Below are positions 37,903 through 48,210 of a DNA stretch of 64,000 nt, in pieces. A program made the position numbers and the translations under genes. Source of the stretch: Desulfobacterales bacterium (GTDB lineage Bacteria > Desulfobacterota > Desulfobacteria > Desulfobacterales > UBA5852); assembly GCA_963674755.2 (NCBI GenBank), contig CAXXVS010000002.1, positions 1,472,001 to 1,536,000 of the forward strand, written 5' to 3'. The first letter of the stretch is position 1. Each line of letters opens with the position of its first letter. A model generated the notes under the pieces. That model ran no database searches and was not told where the DNA came from. It saw only the letters and a program-made list of their open reading frames with translations.

Positions 37903-40900
37903 ATGAACAAGCCTCTTTCATCCGATACCGCCAAAGAAATCAGCTGCCGTATCACCCGAACCCTGCTGATGTATGTAAGGGAAAACAACGGCGGTTCCCT
38001 GGGCAGTCTTCTGGATGGTCTGCCTTTGGACGAAACCTACCTTTCCGACCCGAACCAATGGGTCTCCCATGCCTTGCTGCAGCGACTCTATCGACGGATG
38101 CTGGACCAGCTCGGGGACGACCAGGCCGTCTACAAAATGACCCTGGCATCTGAACGTTACCGCTCTTTGGGGATTCTGGACAGTATTGTGCGCCTCATAG
38201 GCAGCCCGAAACTGATTTATGCCCAGGCACCCAAATACAACAAACTCCTTAAACGCAACGGCCGCGTCCTCATCCATGATATCGGCGAGGACTGGGTCCT
38301 GCTGGAAGATCGCTACCATGAAAGCGCCCAAAAGAGCCGCTTCGATTGCGACTATACCCGAGGCGTCATTGCCGGCATTCCCACCCTGTTCGGTCTGCCG
38401 GAAGCTGAGGTCGAGGAGATCGAATGCCAGGTGGCACCGGAGGTATACGGCCCCCGCACCTGGCCGGACAACCCGCGCCAGGGATGCGGCGGCTGTCTAT
38501 ACCGCGTTTCCTGGCGTCGGGATTTCAAGCCGTCCTTATGGAAACGCCTTTTCAAACGCGGGCACTACTTCCGCGAAGCCGTTGAAGAACTTCAGGAGTC
38601 CAATCGGCTGATTCAGGAAAAATACGAGGAAACCCGCCGACTGGCCGCCGAGCTCGACGAGGCCAATCGCAAATTGGAAGCCCAGGCGCAAGCCCTTATG
38701 GCTTCCGAACGCCAATATCGCGTCCTGGCGGACAATGCCACCGACGTCATCTGGATCATGGATCTGGCGCACCTCAAATTCGACTATGTCAGTCCTTCGG
38801 TGGAACGGATGCGGGGCTTTTCCCCGCAAGAAGCCATGGCCCTGTCCCTGGAGGCAACCCTTTCCCCCGAGTCTCTGGAGGAGGTGACCCACATCCTGAC
38901 GGAGGAGCTGGCCCGTGACGGCCAGCCAGGCGTCGATCCCCAACGGTCCCGCACGATCCAAATCCAGGAATCCCATAAAGACGGCACCTATGGTTGGGCC
39001 GAAGTGCAGGTATCCCTTTTACGTGATGCAGACGGCCGCCCGACCGCCGTCATGGGGGTTACCCGCGATATTACCGAACGCATACAGGCGGAAGCGGCTA
39101 AAGCGGAAAGCGAGGCCAAGTATCGCAACCTGTTTATCAACGGCATGGATCTGGTCTGCGTCCATGATCTGGACGGCAACCTGCTGGAGACCAATCTGCC
39201 CTATCAAACGCAATATGGCTGGGGACAGCAAGATCTCAAGCGCCTCAATATTCGTGGCTTGCTCCCGGAGCATCTCAAGCCGGAATTCGATCGTTATCTC
39301 GAACGGATTATCCGCAAAGGCTCGGCCGAAGGCTACCTTGAAGGGCTTACCAAGAACGGCCGCAATGTCATTCTCGAATATCGCAACACCCTGATCTACG
39401 ATGCCGACGGCCAGCCCAAAGCCGTTCAGGGTGCGGCCAGGGATGTGACCGAGAAATTGCGGGCAGAGCGCGCCCTCAGGGAAAACGAGGAAAAGTATCG
39501 CGAGCTTGTCCAGTATGCGCCGGCCGGAATCTATGAATTCGATCTGGAGAACATGTGCTTCGTCAGCGTCAATGATGTGATGTGCGAGTACACGGGCTAT
39601 ACCCGGGAAGAATTCCTGAAGATGGATCCCTACCAGCTCATCGCCGGGGAAAGCCGGGACACGGCCGATAGGGTGCTCGAAGAGGTTCTTTCCGGCCGGT
39701 CCGATCCGAATGCGGCCGAATACAAAATCCGCGGAAAGAACGGCCGCGAATTCTGGGTGCTGGTCAACTCCAAGATTTTCTTCCGCAAGGGCGTTCCCGT
39801 GCGCTCCATGTCGGTGGTCCACGACCTCACCGTGATCCACAACGCCCAGGAAGAAAAGCGCAAGCTGGAAATCCAGCTTCAGAATGCCCAGAAACTGGAA
39901 TCACTGGGCACCCTGGCCGGCGGCGTGGCCCACGATCTGAACAATATCCTGAGCGGCATCGTCAGCTATCCCGAACTGCTGCTGCTCGACCTGGAACCCG
40001 ACAGCCCCATGCGAGAGCCGTTGCAGGCCATCAAGGAGTCCGGCGAAAAGGCAGCCGAAATCGTGCAGGATCTGCTAACCCTGGCCCGTCGCGGCGTGGC
40101 CGGCAAAAAAACCACCAATCTCAACCATATCGTGGCCGATTTCCTCAAATCGCCGGAGTATCGCAACCTGATCTCCCGCAACAGCCGGATTTCAGTGGTG
40201 ACGGACATGGGGTCGGATATTCTCAACATGGCCGGGAGCCCTTTTCATCTATCCAAGACGCTGATGAATCTGGTATCCAATGCCGTTGATGCCATGCCCT
40301 CCGGCGGCGCGATTACCATCGCAACGCTAAATCGCTATATCGATGCGGCCTATCTGGGATACGAAACCATTCCGGAAGGAGAATATACCGTTTTGGAGGT
40401 CGCTGATCAGGGGTTCGGCATATCCGCCGATGACGTGACCCGCATTTTTGAACCCTTCTATACGAAAAAGTCCATGGGGCACAGCGGTACGGGGTTAGGC
40501 ATGTCCGTCGTGTGGGGAACGGTCAAGGACCATGACGGATTCATCGATATTCGTTCCGAAGAGGGGGCCGGAACCACTTTCACGCTCTACTTCCCGGCCA
40601 CCCGAACTACCGAGGAGATGGCCGAACCGATTTACATCGAGGACTATCTCGGGCAGGGCGAATCGATTCTCGTGGTCGATGATTCGCAAAAACAGCTCAG
40701 CCTGGCAGCCCGCATGCTGCAGCGGCTGGGCTATGGCATCGAGACCGCCGGCAGCGGGGAAAACGCGTTGGAACGCATGGAGGCGCGGCGCTTCGACCTG
40801 GTGATCCTCGATATGATCATGGATCCGGGCATGGATGGTCTGGAAACCTTCAAACACATGCGGCGGATCGCGCCCCGGCAGAAAGCCATCATTGCCAGCG

Positions 40901-41037
40901 GTTATTCCGAATCGGAACGGGTGCGGGAGATGCAGCGGCTCGGTGCCGGCAGCTACGTCAAGAAACCCTACACACTTGAAAAAATCGGTATGGCCGTGCG
41001 CCGGGAGCTGGATCGGCCGCACCCCGGCGATGGCTAA
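37903..41037 (+). CDS. Cytoplasmic hybrid histidine kinase: N-terminal V4R/H-NOX-like region, three PAS domains, HisKA, HATPase and receiver
   Basis: Three PAS/PAC blocks (ending RDITER, RDVTEK, HDLT); H-box GGVAHDLNNIL, NLVSNAVDAM, IFEPFYTKK..GTGLG; receiver ILVVDD...DMIM...KP; no TM seen. Confidence 0.92.
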   Translation: MNKPLSSDTAKEISCRITRTLLMYVRENNGGSLGSLLDGLPLDETYLSDPNQWVSHALLQRLYRRMLDQLGDDQAVYKMTLASERYRSLGILDSIVRLIGSPKLIYAQAPKYNKLLKRNGRVLIHDIGEDWVLLEDRYHESAQKSRFDCDYTRGVIAGIPTLFGLPEAEVEEIECQVAPEVYGPRTWPDNPRQGCGGCLYRVSWRRDFKPSLWKRLFKRGHYFREAVEELQESNRLIQEKYEETRRLAAELDEANRKLEAQAQALMASERQYRVLADNATDVIWIMDLAHLKFDYVSPSVERMRGFSPQEAMALSLEATLSPESLEEVTHILTEELARDGQPGVDPQRSRTIQIQESHKDGTYGWAEVQVSLLRDADGRPTAVMGVTRDITERIQAEAAKAESEAKYRNLFINGMDLVCVHDLDGNLLETNLPYQTQYGWGQQDLKRLNIRGLLPEHLKPEFDRYLERIIRKGSAEGYLEGLTKNGRNVILEYRNTLIYDADGQPKAVQGAARDVTEKLRAERALRENEEKYRELVQYAPAGIYEFDLENMCFVSVNDVMCEYTGYTREEFLKMDPYQLIAGESRDTADRVLEEVLSGRSDPNAAEYKIRGKNGREFWVLVNSKIFFRKGVPVRSMSVVHDLTVIHNAQEEKRKLEIQLQNAQKLESLGTLAGGVAHDLNNILSGIVSYPELLLLDLEPDSPMREPLQAIKESGEKAAEIVQDLLTLARRGVAGKKTTNLNHIVADFLKSPEYRNLISRNSRISVVTDMGSDILNMAGSPFHLSKTLMNLVSNAVDAMPSGGAITIATLNRYIDAAYLGYETIPEGEYTVLEVADQGFGISADDVTRIFEPFYTKKSMGHSGTGLGMSVVWGTVKDHDGFIDIRSEEGAGTTFTLYFPATRTTEEMAEPIYIEDYLGQGESILVVDDSQKQLSLAARMLQRLGYGIETAGSGENALERMEARRFDLVILDMIMDPGMDGLETFKHMRRIAPRQKAIIASGYSESERVREMQRLGAGSYVKKPYTLEKIGMAVRRELDRPHPGDG

Positions 41038-41110
41038 CGCCCTTCCCTGCGGACAGGCCGCCTGCGCTAGTCATCCTCAAATGGCTTGAAAGGCAGGCCG
41101 TCCGGACAGC

Positions 41111-41467
41111 CTAGCTTCGGCGCGCCCAAGCCAGTCTGAGCCCCAGGCCAACGAGCACCAGGCCGCTCACACGATGGGTCCAGCCGATCACCTTGGGCCG
41201 CGCCCGCAGCCAGCCGGAAAGGATGCCCGCACCGTAGCCGATCGGTCCCTTCACGATAAAAGTCAACACGGCAAACGACACCCCTAGCAACAACAGACGA
41301 AGGGTGGGATTTACGTCGCCGGCGGGCACGAATTGCGGCAGATACGCAAAATAGAAGATGGTGATCTTGGGGTTGGAAATATTGGAGATGGCCCCCTGAA
41401 GGAACATTTTCTTCAATGACGTCCGGGCCAGCTTACCCGTATCCAGATCGGTTCGTCCGGACGGCTG
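41111..41467 (-). pseudogene. LysE/RhtB-family exporter, C-terminal half only
   Basis: FLQGAISNISNPKITIFYFAYLPQFV ... GLGLRLA is the LysE C-half. The frame is open back only to the trkA stop codon, so the N-terminal PGP half is missing. Confidence 0.75.
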
Positions 41468-42124
41468 TCAGGGCGCGATCTTGGACAGCGATCCGCTCTT
41501 GCCGATGACAATGATGCTGTCCCCGGCGGTCAGGATGTCGTCGGCGCGGGGAATATAGCGGTAGTGGGCTTCGGCCTGTTTGCGGATGGCGATGATCTGG
41601 CAGCTGAAGCGGTTGGTCAGGTCCATGTCCCGCAGGTTCTTGCCGGCCAATTGTTCGATGGTCATCTCCCGAATGATCATGTCCGGGTCAAAGGGCAGGC
41701 GATCGATGATGCCCGGGATGTGAATACGGTCGGCCAGCTGGGCCGCGGCGATATGTTCCGGGATAATCACCGCGTCGGCGCCGATTTTACGCAGCAGGGT
41801 GGCATGATCGTCGTTGATGGCTTTCACCCATACGTTGGGCACCTTCATCTCCTTCAGGTACATGGTGGTCATGGCGCTGGTGGAGATGGAGTCACCCACG
41901 CTGATCAGGGCATGGGTGATCTCGCGGAAGCCGATTTGCTCCAGGGCCTGTTTGTTGGAAATATCCGCTTCGTACACCTGATGAAACAATTTCTGGGCCC
42001 GCTGCACATTGGCGGGGTTGGAATCGATACCGATCACCTGATGATTCAGGTGCAGGAGGGAGGTCCCCACTTTGTATCCGAATTTGCCCAGTCCGATGAC
42101 GCATATCTGCGGTTTGCCAGCCAT
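41468..42124 (-). CDS. trkA: TrkA/KtrA-family K+ uptake regulatory subunit
   Basis: VIGLGKFG, KIGADAVIIPE, C-terminal RCK-C domain. Confidence 0.88.
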   Translation of the reverse strand: MAGKPQICVIGLGKFGYKVGTSLLHLNHQVIGIDSNPANVQRAQKLFHQVYEADISNKQALEQIGFREITHALISVGDSISTSAMTTMYLKEMKVPNVWVKAINDDHATLLRKIGADAVIIPEHIAAAQLADRIHIPGIIDRLPFDPDMIIREMTIEQLAGKNLRDMDLTNRFSCQIIAIRKQAEAHYRYIPRADDILTAGDSIIVIGKSGSLSKIAP

Positions 42125-42139
42125 TCAACGCTCTCCTCG

Positions 42140-43504
42140 TCAGCCGATCATGATACTCTCTTCCGGAAGTCGATAGTAAGGGGTTTCCTGCACGCTCTGC
42201 AGGGCCGCGATCAAGACAAAGGGGCCCAGGCGGCCGATGAACATCAACGCAATGATGACCCATTTACCCGCCATCGACAAGCTCGCCGTCAACCCCGTGC
42301 TCAACCCCACCGTGCAAAACGCCGAAACCGATTCGAACAAAATCTCCAGGAATTGCCCCCGCACCATACTGTGGGGCATGTCGCCGCCTTCCGTAAAATC
42401 GAGCAGGAAGGCCGCCAGAAAAATAATCATCGATGCCAGGAGAAACAGGACCATCGCTTTTTTGACGGCATTCTCGCGGATGGCGAACTTCCCAACGGCC
42501 GTCTGGGGCCGGCCCTGCATCTGGGACCATATGGCGGCCACCAGCACCCGCAGGGTCGTCACTTTGATCCCGCCCGCGCACGAACCCGGGGCCCCGCCCA
42601 CGAACATGAGAAAAAGCAGCACCATGAGGGAAACATTCGTCATGCGGCTCATATCGAGGGAATTGAAACCGGCGGTCCGGGCGGTCACGGATTGGAACAG
42701 GGAGGTCAGAAGGGCGTCATCCGGGGCCATCATGCGATTGTAGCCCACGAACTCGGCAAAATAGATGCCCACCCATCCCAGAACGATCAGCAGGAGACTG
42801 GTGCGGATCACGATTCCGGCATACCAGCTGATCCCCTTGCCTTTGGGAATGCGGCGTCCGGTCATACGCTTGACAGCATAATTTTTGACCTCCACTAAAA
42901 CCGAGAAACCGATGCCGCCCACCACGATGAGGGTCATGAAAACCAGATTGATCCCCCAGTGGCCTTTGAAGCCCACCAGGCTGTCTGCAAACAGCGAGAA
43001 GCCCGCATTGCAGAAAGCGGAAACCGCGTGGAAGAGAGCCACAAAGGGCGTGAACGCGACCGGGTCCATGCTGAATAGCAATACCGCCCCGATCACCTCG
43101 ATCAAAAAGGTCCAGCAAACGATCTCGATGAGGAATCGGCCAAGGTTGAAGGTGGCGTCATGCAGCAGAATCTGGCCGACGGCGATCCGGTCCGTGATGG
43201 TCGTTCGCCGCCGCCAGATATAGATGGAGAGGCTCGTGAAGGTCATGATGCCCAGGCCGCCCACCTGCATCAGGCACAGGATGACGGCCTGGCCCAGGGG
43301 CGAAAAATAGGAGCCCGTATCGACGACCACCAGCCCTGTCACACAGGCGGCGGAGGTGGCCGTAAAAATGGCATCGGTCCAGGTCAGGGCATCCGTCACA
43401 TTTTTTTCCAGGCCATGCAGCAGAGCGGAACCCAGCAAAATGACGAACATAAAAAACAGGATGGGCAACAGGATGGGCGAATTGAGGAACTTGGAAAGCT
43501 TCAT
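42140..43504 (-). CDS. trkH: TrkH/KtrB-family K+ uptake membrane subunit
   Basis: Four pore motifs: SAACVTGL, SAFCNAGF, TARTAGF, SAFCTVGLSTG; GGIKVTT; MFIGRLG. Confidence 0.93.
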   Translation of the reverse strand: MKLSKFLNSPILLPILFFMFVILLGSALLHGLEKNVTDALTWTDAIFTATSAACVTGLVVVDTGSYFSPLGQAVILCLMQVGGLGIMTFTSLSIYIWRRRTTITDRIAVGQILLHDATFNLGRFLIEIVCWTFLIEVIGAVLLFSMDPVAFTPFVALFHAVSAFCNAGFSLFADSLVGFKGHWGINLVFMTLIVVGGIGFSVLVEVKNYAVKRMTGRRIPKGKGISWYAGIVIRTSLLLIVLGWVGIYFAEFVGYNRMMAPDDALLTSLFQSVTARTAGFNSLDMSRMTNVSLMVLLFLMFVGGAPGSCAGGIKVTTLRVLVAAIWSQMQGRPQTAVGKFAIRENAVKKAMVLFLLASMIIFLAAFLLDFTEGGDMPHSMVRGQFLEILFESVSAFCTVGLSTGLTASLSMAGKWVIIALMFIGRLGPFVLIAALQSVQETPYYRLPEESIMIG

Positions 43505-43638
43505 GCAGTGAGCTACCTTGCGTCATCACTCCGGACCGGAAACGCACCGCATTTGCCGGCCGGGTCGTCAGGCAAACCGGGTGACACGGAATTTCGGATC
43601 ATTGTCAATCCATCGACAACCGCAGAAAACAGGGCCCT

Positions 43639-44022
43639 TCAACTCCTGAGCAAGTAACGCTGCACGAACATCTCGTCACCGGGGGCCAGGCGGAAACCCA
43701 TCAACTCCAGAGGAGAGGCCCAACAAAGGGCTTCGTGCTCCAGGGGCTGGGGCTGGCCGATGATCCGCACCGGCTTGAAAACGATCAGGAATTCACTGCC
43801 CGGGTCGGGCACCTTAAAAAGGGTGGCCCCTACTTCGATGACGTGAACATTGAGCTCCTCGGCCAGCTCGCGGCGCACCGCTTCGGTGTCGGTTTCGTTC
43901 GCGTGGACCTTGCCGCCGGGGAACTCCCACAACCCGCCGTGGCGCTTGTCGCCGGGCCGTTGACAGGTCAAATATTTTCTCTTTTTTTCGATGACGGCGG
44001 CCACCACACGGGTCATTTCCAC
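43639..44022 (-). CDS. NUDIX hydrolase, MutT/NudG-like
   Basis: GLWEFPGGKV...E....AVRRELAEEL Nudix box. Confidence 0.9.
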   Translation of the reverse strand: MEMTRVVAAVIEKKRKYLTCQRPGDKRHGGLWEFPGGKVHANETDTEAVRRELAEELNVHVIEVGATLFKVPDPGSEFLIVFKPVRIIGQPQPLEHEALCWASPLELMGFRLAPGDEMFVQRYLLRS

Positions 44023-44283
44023 AGCATTCCTTTCAGGCCAATTTGGCCTGAGAATACCATGATCGCCGTAAAAGCGCCACTCTCCAAACCCAGAATTCCC
44101 GCGGCCATCCTCTCCTTATCGCCAATGCCACAGCCGGCATCGGGCACGGTTTGACCGGGCCCCGGGCCAGGCGATTTGTGCACCAGATCGTCGACCGGCC
44201 GGTATTCCGTCAATCGGCCGTGCGGCCTCTGTCCAGCGGCTTTGCAGTTGTCATCATTCACCGTCGGCAACGCCCCTGTGTCA

Positions 44284-45258
44284 TTAACGTTTTTTTACGC
44301 TGATGCGCCAGCAGCGATGAATCGATTTGTGCTTGCGGCGGTAATCATCGGGAATCGTCCGGTCGGTAATCTCTTCCACCCCCACAGGAGGAAGATCCGC
44401 CGTTCGGAAGGTGAAATCCTGGTGGTTGGTGGAGAAGAACAGCGTGCCCCCGGGCCGCAGGACCTCGATCACCGCCGCCAGAAGAACGGGATGGTCCCGG
44501 GCGATGTCGAAATCGCGCTTCCCGGCGCGGTCGGTGGAATAGGAAGGCGGGTCCACCACGGCCAAGTCGAAGGCGATGTTCGCGGCCCGAGCCCGGGTCA
44601 GATAAGCCAGGCTGCCGGACTGGACCAGGGTGTTGCTTTCTTCGGCAAGGCCGTTCAGCGCCAGGTTGGCCCGGGCCCATTCAATGGCCGTACGGGAGCG
44701 ATCCACCGAGACGGTGCGCCGGGCGCCGCCCCGGGCGGCATAGCATGAAAAGGATCCCGTGTAGCAGTAGAGGTTCAGCACATCCCGGCCCCCGGCCAGC
44801 TCACGCACCATCTGACGGGTATTGCGGTGATCGGCAAAAAGCCCGGTATCCACGTAGTCATTGAGATTCACGTAGAATTTGAGATCTCGTTCCCGTATCG
44901 CGATCCTGTGGTCGGTACGCTCCAGCCGGCGGTAGCGCCTGCCCTCCTGTTTACCGGCCCAGCGGTTTTTGAGGTGGAGCCTGTCCTGGGAAACGTCAAG
45001 CGCCCGGGCCGCAGCCGCCCCCATGATGGGCAGCCATTGCGGTACGGACTGCCGGCGCATGTATTCGGCCACCACCAGGTGGCCGGCATACCAGTCCACC
45101 GCCGCCCGGATCTCGGGAATGTCATGGTCGTAAAGGCGAAAAACATCGATCTGCTGCCGGGCGAAGCGCTTGTGCAGATGCTTGAAATTCTTCTTCACCC
45201 GGTTGGCCAGCATCTCCCCCTGCTGCTCAAACCGGCGTTGCAGCTCCTCTTCCAGCAT
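44284..45258 (-). CDS. Class I SAM-dependent rRNA methyltransferase resembling a stand-alone RlmK (C-terminal half of RlmKL)
   Basis: NRVKKN, FRLYD.DIPE, VNL.DY.DTGLF.DHR, LNLYCYTG, VDPPSY, IHRCWRI. Confidence 0.85.
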   Translation of the reverse strand: MLEEELQRRFEQQGEMLANRVKKNFKHLHKRFARQQIDVFRLYDHDIPEIRAAVDWYAGHLVVAEYMRRQSVPQWLPIMGAAAARALDVSQDRLHLKNRWAGKQEGRRYRRLERTDHRIAIRERDLKFYVNLNDYVDTGLFADHRNTRQMVRELAGGRDVLNLYCYTGSFSCYAARGGARRTVSVDRSRTAIEWARANLALNGLAEESNTLVQSGSLAYLTRARAANIAFDLAVVDPPSYSTDRAGKRDFDIARDHPVLLAAVIEVLRPGGTLFFSTNHQDFTFRTADLPPVGVEEITDRTIPDDYRRKHKSIHRCWRISVKKR

Positions 45259-45322
45259 TCTAACTCCCCATGTAATTTCATGATCCGCTTAGAAGGCACG
45301 GGATTTTGCTTTTGACGACAGA

Positions 45323-45409
45323 AGGCTGTTCAGAAATTGGATTTTGGTTCGCCATCAAGGCGCGGCCGCAACGCCGAGGGCGGGCCAAAAGACTTTCCTG
45401 AGGCAGCCT
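45323..45409 (+). repeat. Short, internally deleted relative of the palindromic intergenic element
   Basis: AGGCTGTTCAGAAA..GATTTTGGTTC....CAAGGCGC...AACGCCG...GCCAAAAGA.TTTCCTGAGGCAGCCT; ends form an imperfect inverted repeat. Confidence 0.6.
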
Positions 45410-45436
45410 CTCTGAAACCCCTCTCAAAATTAGGGT

Positions 45437-46405
45437 TTACCAGGAGCCGGAGGCCCCCCCGCCCCCCGAGCTCCCCCCGCCGCCGGAAAACCCGCCGCCG
45501 CTTGAAAAGCTCCCGCCGGACGAGTGCCACCCGCCCCCGCCGGAAGACAGGGTAAATCCGCCGATGCTGGCCCGGCCCTTGCGCTTCAAATCGCTTTTGG
45601 CCTTGCCGTACCACGGCCTGCGCGAGAGAATGATTTTAGCGATGGGGAAGCAAACCAAATAGGTGACCAGCAGGATAAGGGCGCCCCTGGTGCCCACCAC
45701 CACGATGGGAAACATGGCCCAGAAAGGGATCAGGAAAAAGTAGAGAAACCAGCCCATGCCCGGTGTCACCACCCCCAGCACCGTAAACAGCCCGATGATC
45801 CCGAAGATGAAACAGCCGATGAGAATGCGCTCCACGATCCCGAGATCCGGACCCTGGAAAAAGCTATTGCTGGTTTTGGATGCCGACGTGGTGCGCCCCT
45901 CCGGGATGGCGGCACTGCCGTCCTGTAGCTGGGCCAGGATAGCCGCCACCCCTTGTTCAATGCCGCCGTCGTAGTCATCGGCTTTGAAACGGGGGGCCAT
46001 GACGTTGCGGATGATCCGGCCGGCCTCGAGGTCGGTCAGCCGGCCCTCCAACCCATAACCCACCTCGATGCGCATGCGCCGCTCCCGGGGGGCCACCACC
46101 AAAAGAACCCCGTTGTCCTTGTCCTTTTGCCCCAATTGCCAGGACGCGAACACCCGCAGGGCGAAATCTTCGATGCTCTCGCCGTCCAGGGTGGCCACGG
46201 TGAGTACGGCCACCTGGTCGGTGGTGCGGGATTCGTGATCGGCCAGCAGGGCGCCGATCCGGTCGATGGCGGCCGGGTTGAGAATTTCGGCATCGTCGGT
46301 GACCCGCCCCTGCAGATAGGGAATTTCCGCCGTATGGCCAATAGCCGCAAAACCGCCCCCTAAGAAGAGGGCCAGGATGAAGACAAGCGATCGGGGATTA
46401 CGCAT
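45437..46405 (-). CDS. TPM-domain (YgcG-like) membrane protein with Gly/Ser-rich tail
   Basis: GRVTDDA, WQLGQKDKDNGVLLVVA..ERRMRIEVGYGLEG, tail FSGGGGSSGGGGASGSW. Confidence 0.92.
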   Translation of the reverse strand: MRNPRSLVFILALFLGGGFAAIGHTAEIPYLQGRVTDDAEILNPAAIDRIGALLADHESRTTDQVAVLTVATLDGESIEDFALRVFASWQLGQKDKDNGVLLVVAPRERRMRIEVGYGLEGRLTDLEAGRIIRNVMAPRFKADDYDGGIEQGVAAILAQLQDGSAAIPEGRTTSASKTSNSFFQGPDLGIVERILIGCFIFGIIGLFTVLGVVTPGMGWFLYFFLIPFWAMFPIVVVGTRGALILLVTYLVCFPIAKIILSRRPWYGKAKSDLKRKGRASIGGFTLSSGGGGWHSSGGSFSSGGGFSGGGGSSGGGGASGSW

Positions 46406-47048
46406 CGGCGCCTCCCTTCTGCTGCAGGAGCGCTTCCGGGATCAGGTCCGGGCCATCCCCCCGCGGGGTAAACCCGGCTTTTTGTAGATGCATTTCCAGC
46501 TTGGCCAATCCTTCGAATAGCGCCTCCCGGCGATTGCCCTGCTTCAAAAGCGGTAGCATGGCGTCGATCACATTGGTGAGGGCGTCGGGCGGCAAACGGG
46601 ATTCGACCCCCCGGTCGGGCAGGACGACCACCTGTCGTTCGAAAAGACCAACCACCAGAAGGATCCCGCAGCGATCCGGTACCCGGAAAACCTCATGGGT
46701 CAGGAAAAGCGACTGCGCATACTGGCGCATCTCGCCCGCGGCACGGATCTTGTCAAGAAAACAGCGGGCCCAGCCGGGCCAAACGACCGTCAGCAGGGCC
46801 ATCAGCGACCCGGTGCCGAGGATTGTCAGCAAGGGGGGCAGGGCCGATCTCCAGTCTGGCCGCATGACGACCTGAATCAGCATCATCAGCGCGCCGGCCG
46901 CAGCCCCCAACGCAAAGGCCTTCCAGGGAATCTCCGGATAGTGATCGCACTTGTCGACCACCGCCGCCACAAGCTCGACGCCGGTGCTCTTCTCCAGGGC
47001 GTGAATACGGGAATTGAGCGCCTGACTTTGGTCTTGCGAAAAATACAT
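46398..47048 (-). CDS. TPM-domain membrane protein (partner of the YgcG-like gene)
   Basis: I..LEKSTGVEL, two TMs, GILL...FERQVVVLPDRG; overlaps the downstream start. Confidence 0.8.
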   Translation of the reverse strand: MYFSQDQSQALNSRIHALEKSTGVELVAAVVDKCDHYPEIPWKAFALGAAAGALMMLIQVVMRPDWRSALPPLLTILGTGSLMALLTVVWPGWARCFLDKIRAAGEMRQYAQSLFLTHEVFRVPDRCGILLVVGLFERQVVVLPDRGVESRLPPDALTNVIDAMLPLLKQGNRREALFEGLAKLEMHLQKAGFTPRGDGPDLIPEALLQQKGGADA

Positions 47049-47187
47049 GGCTGCTTCCAGGTTGAAGAATGCGGATAACGAACCTATCCATGTGGCCTAG
47101 CGACAATGCTTTCTATGCCACACCGGTCCCCTGGTCAAGAACAGGCCCGGGGGAGCCGTATGGTGGCGGCAGGGCGTTTAAGAGGCC

Positions 47188-48147
47188 CTAATGGCTTCCC
47201 TCACCGTTTGAAACCGCAAATGACGGCGTCGTTACCTCCGGCGGCATTTGCGGCCCCCCATCGCCGCAAAACCGGGCCCGCACGGTATAACGTCCCGGCG
47301 GCAGGCCGGACGGCAGTTCCCAGCGGATGAAGGCCATCTGGTCGATATCGTTGAACCGGGGGCAACGGCCGTCCCCGGCGGCGGCCAAGGCCGGCTCGAA
47401 GGCCATCGCCTGGCCGGGCGGACCGGCGGCGTTGCGCCTCTCGAGGAAGAACACCGGCACCACGCCGATGGGAAAGGCCGTCATGCGGATAAACCGCAGG
47501 GTGACGGTCTCTCCGGGTTGGTAGCGGTCAAAATCGGTGACAATGCCGACCAGCTTGTTGTCATCCGAGATCCCGGTGCCCACGCCTGAGGTCTTTTCAT
47601 CCCAGGACCGGGCCGGCCCCACGTCCACGTGCACGGAGCGGCCGTGATAATAGCCTGTGCCGCCAAAGCCGAGGTCCTTTACGAAATCCCACACCTTCGC
47701 GGAGGCCACCCCCGCCAGCATGAAATCGGCCGCCATGCCGTACTGGTGCAGGCTGGCCTTGGCAGCCAGGCCGCCCCGCGCCCTTACCTTGGTGTTGTAT
47801 TCCGGGCTGCGGTAGCCGGAGGTGATGGTCATCAGCGCGCCGGGATTCAAGCGGTCTTCCAGGAAATCCAGGAAGGCGATCAGCCGCAGGGAAATTTGGG
47901 GACGGTCCGGGTCGAAGGGGGCGCCGAAAACCCTATGGATGGCCTTGAGGGCAGCTTCGTCATACTCGCCTTCCGCCGACCGGTAGGTGCCCTCGAAGGA
48001 CGTCCCGTTTTTTTCACTCACCAGCCGTAGCCGCCCGTCGCCGTCATGAAAAAAGCGTGCGGCATCTGTCATGGCCGCCGATCCTGGGATGGCACTCCAA
48101 AAAAAACTGACCGCAAAAAGCGCCGCCGCGATGGATAGGTTTTTCAT
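47188..48147 (-). CDS. DUF882/YcbK-family exported peptidase M15-like protein with extra C-terminal domain
   Basis: Signal peptide; ITSGYRSPEYN, AKASLHQYGMAADF, GTGYY...VHVDVGPARSW. Confidence 0.85.
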   Translation of the reverse strand: MKNLSIAAALFAVSFFWSAIPGSAAMTDAARFFHDGDGRLRLVSEKNGTSFEGTYRSAEGEYDEAALKAIHRVFGAPFDPDRPQISLRLIAFLDFLEDRLNPGALMTITSGYRSPEYNTKVRARGGLAAKASLHQYGMAADFMLAGVASAKVWDFVKDLGFGGTGYYHGRSVHVDVGPARSWDEKTSGVGTGISDDNKLVGIVTDFDRYQPGETVTLRFIRMTAFPIGVVPVFFLERRNAAGPPGQAMAFEPALAAAGDGRCPRFNDIDQMAFIRWELPSGLPPGRYTVRARFCGDGGPQMPPEVTTPSFAVSNGEGSH

Positions 48148-48210
48148 CGATCATCCTATTGCCAATAGCGTGGTTTCAGCCTCAAATCTTCTAACGAGAC
48201 GCCATGTCAT

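Noticed and set aside
45294..45310. AGGCACGGGATTTTGCT as a sigma54 promoter
   Set aside because: The GG-to-GC spacing is 11 rather than 10, and it points away from the adjacent gene.
45437..45545. C-rich quasi-repeats (ccgccg/ccccc)
   Set aside because: They simply encode the Gly/Ser tail of the TPM protein.
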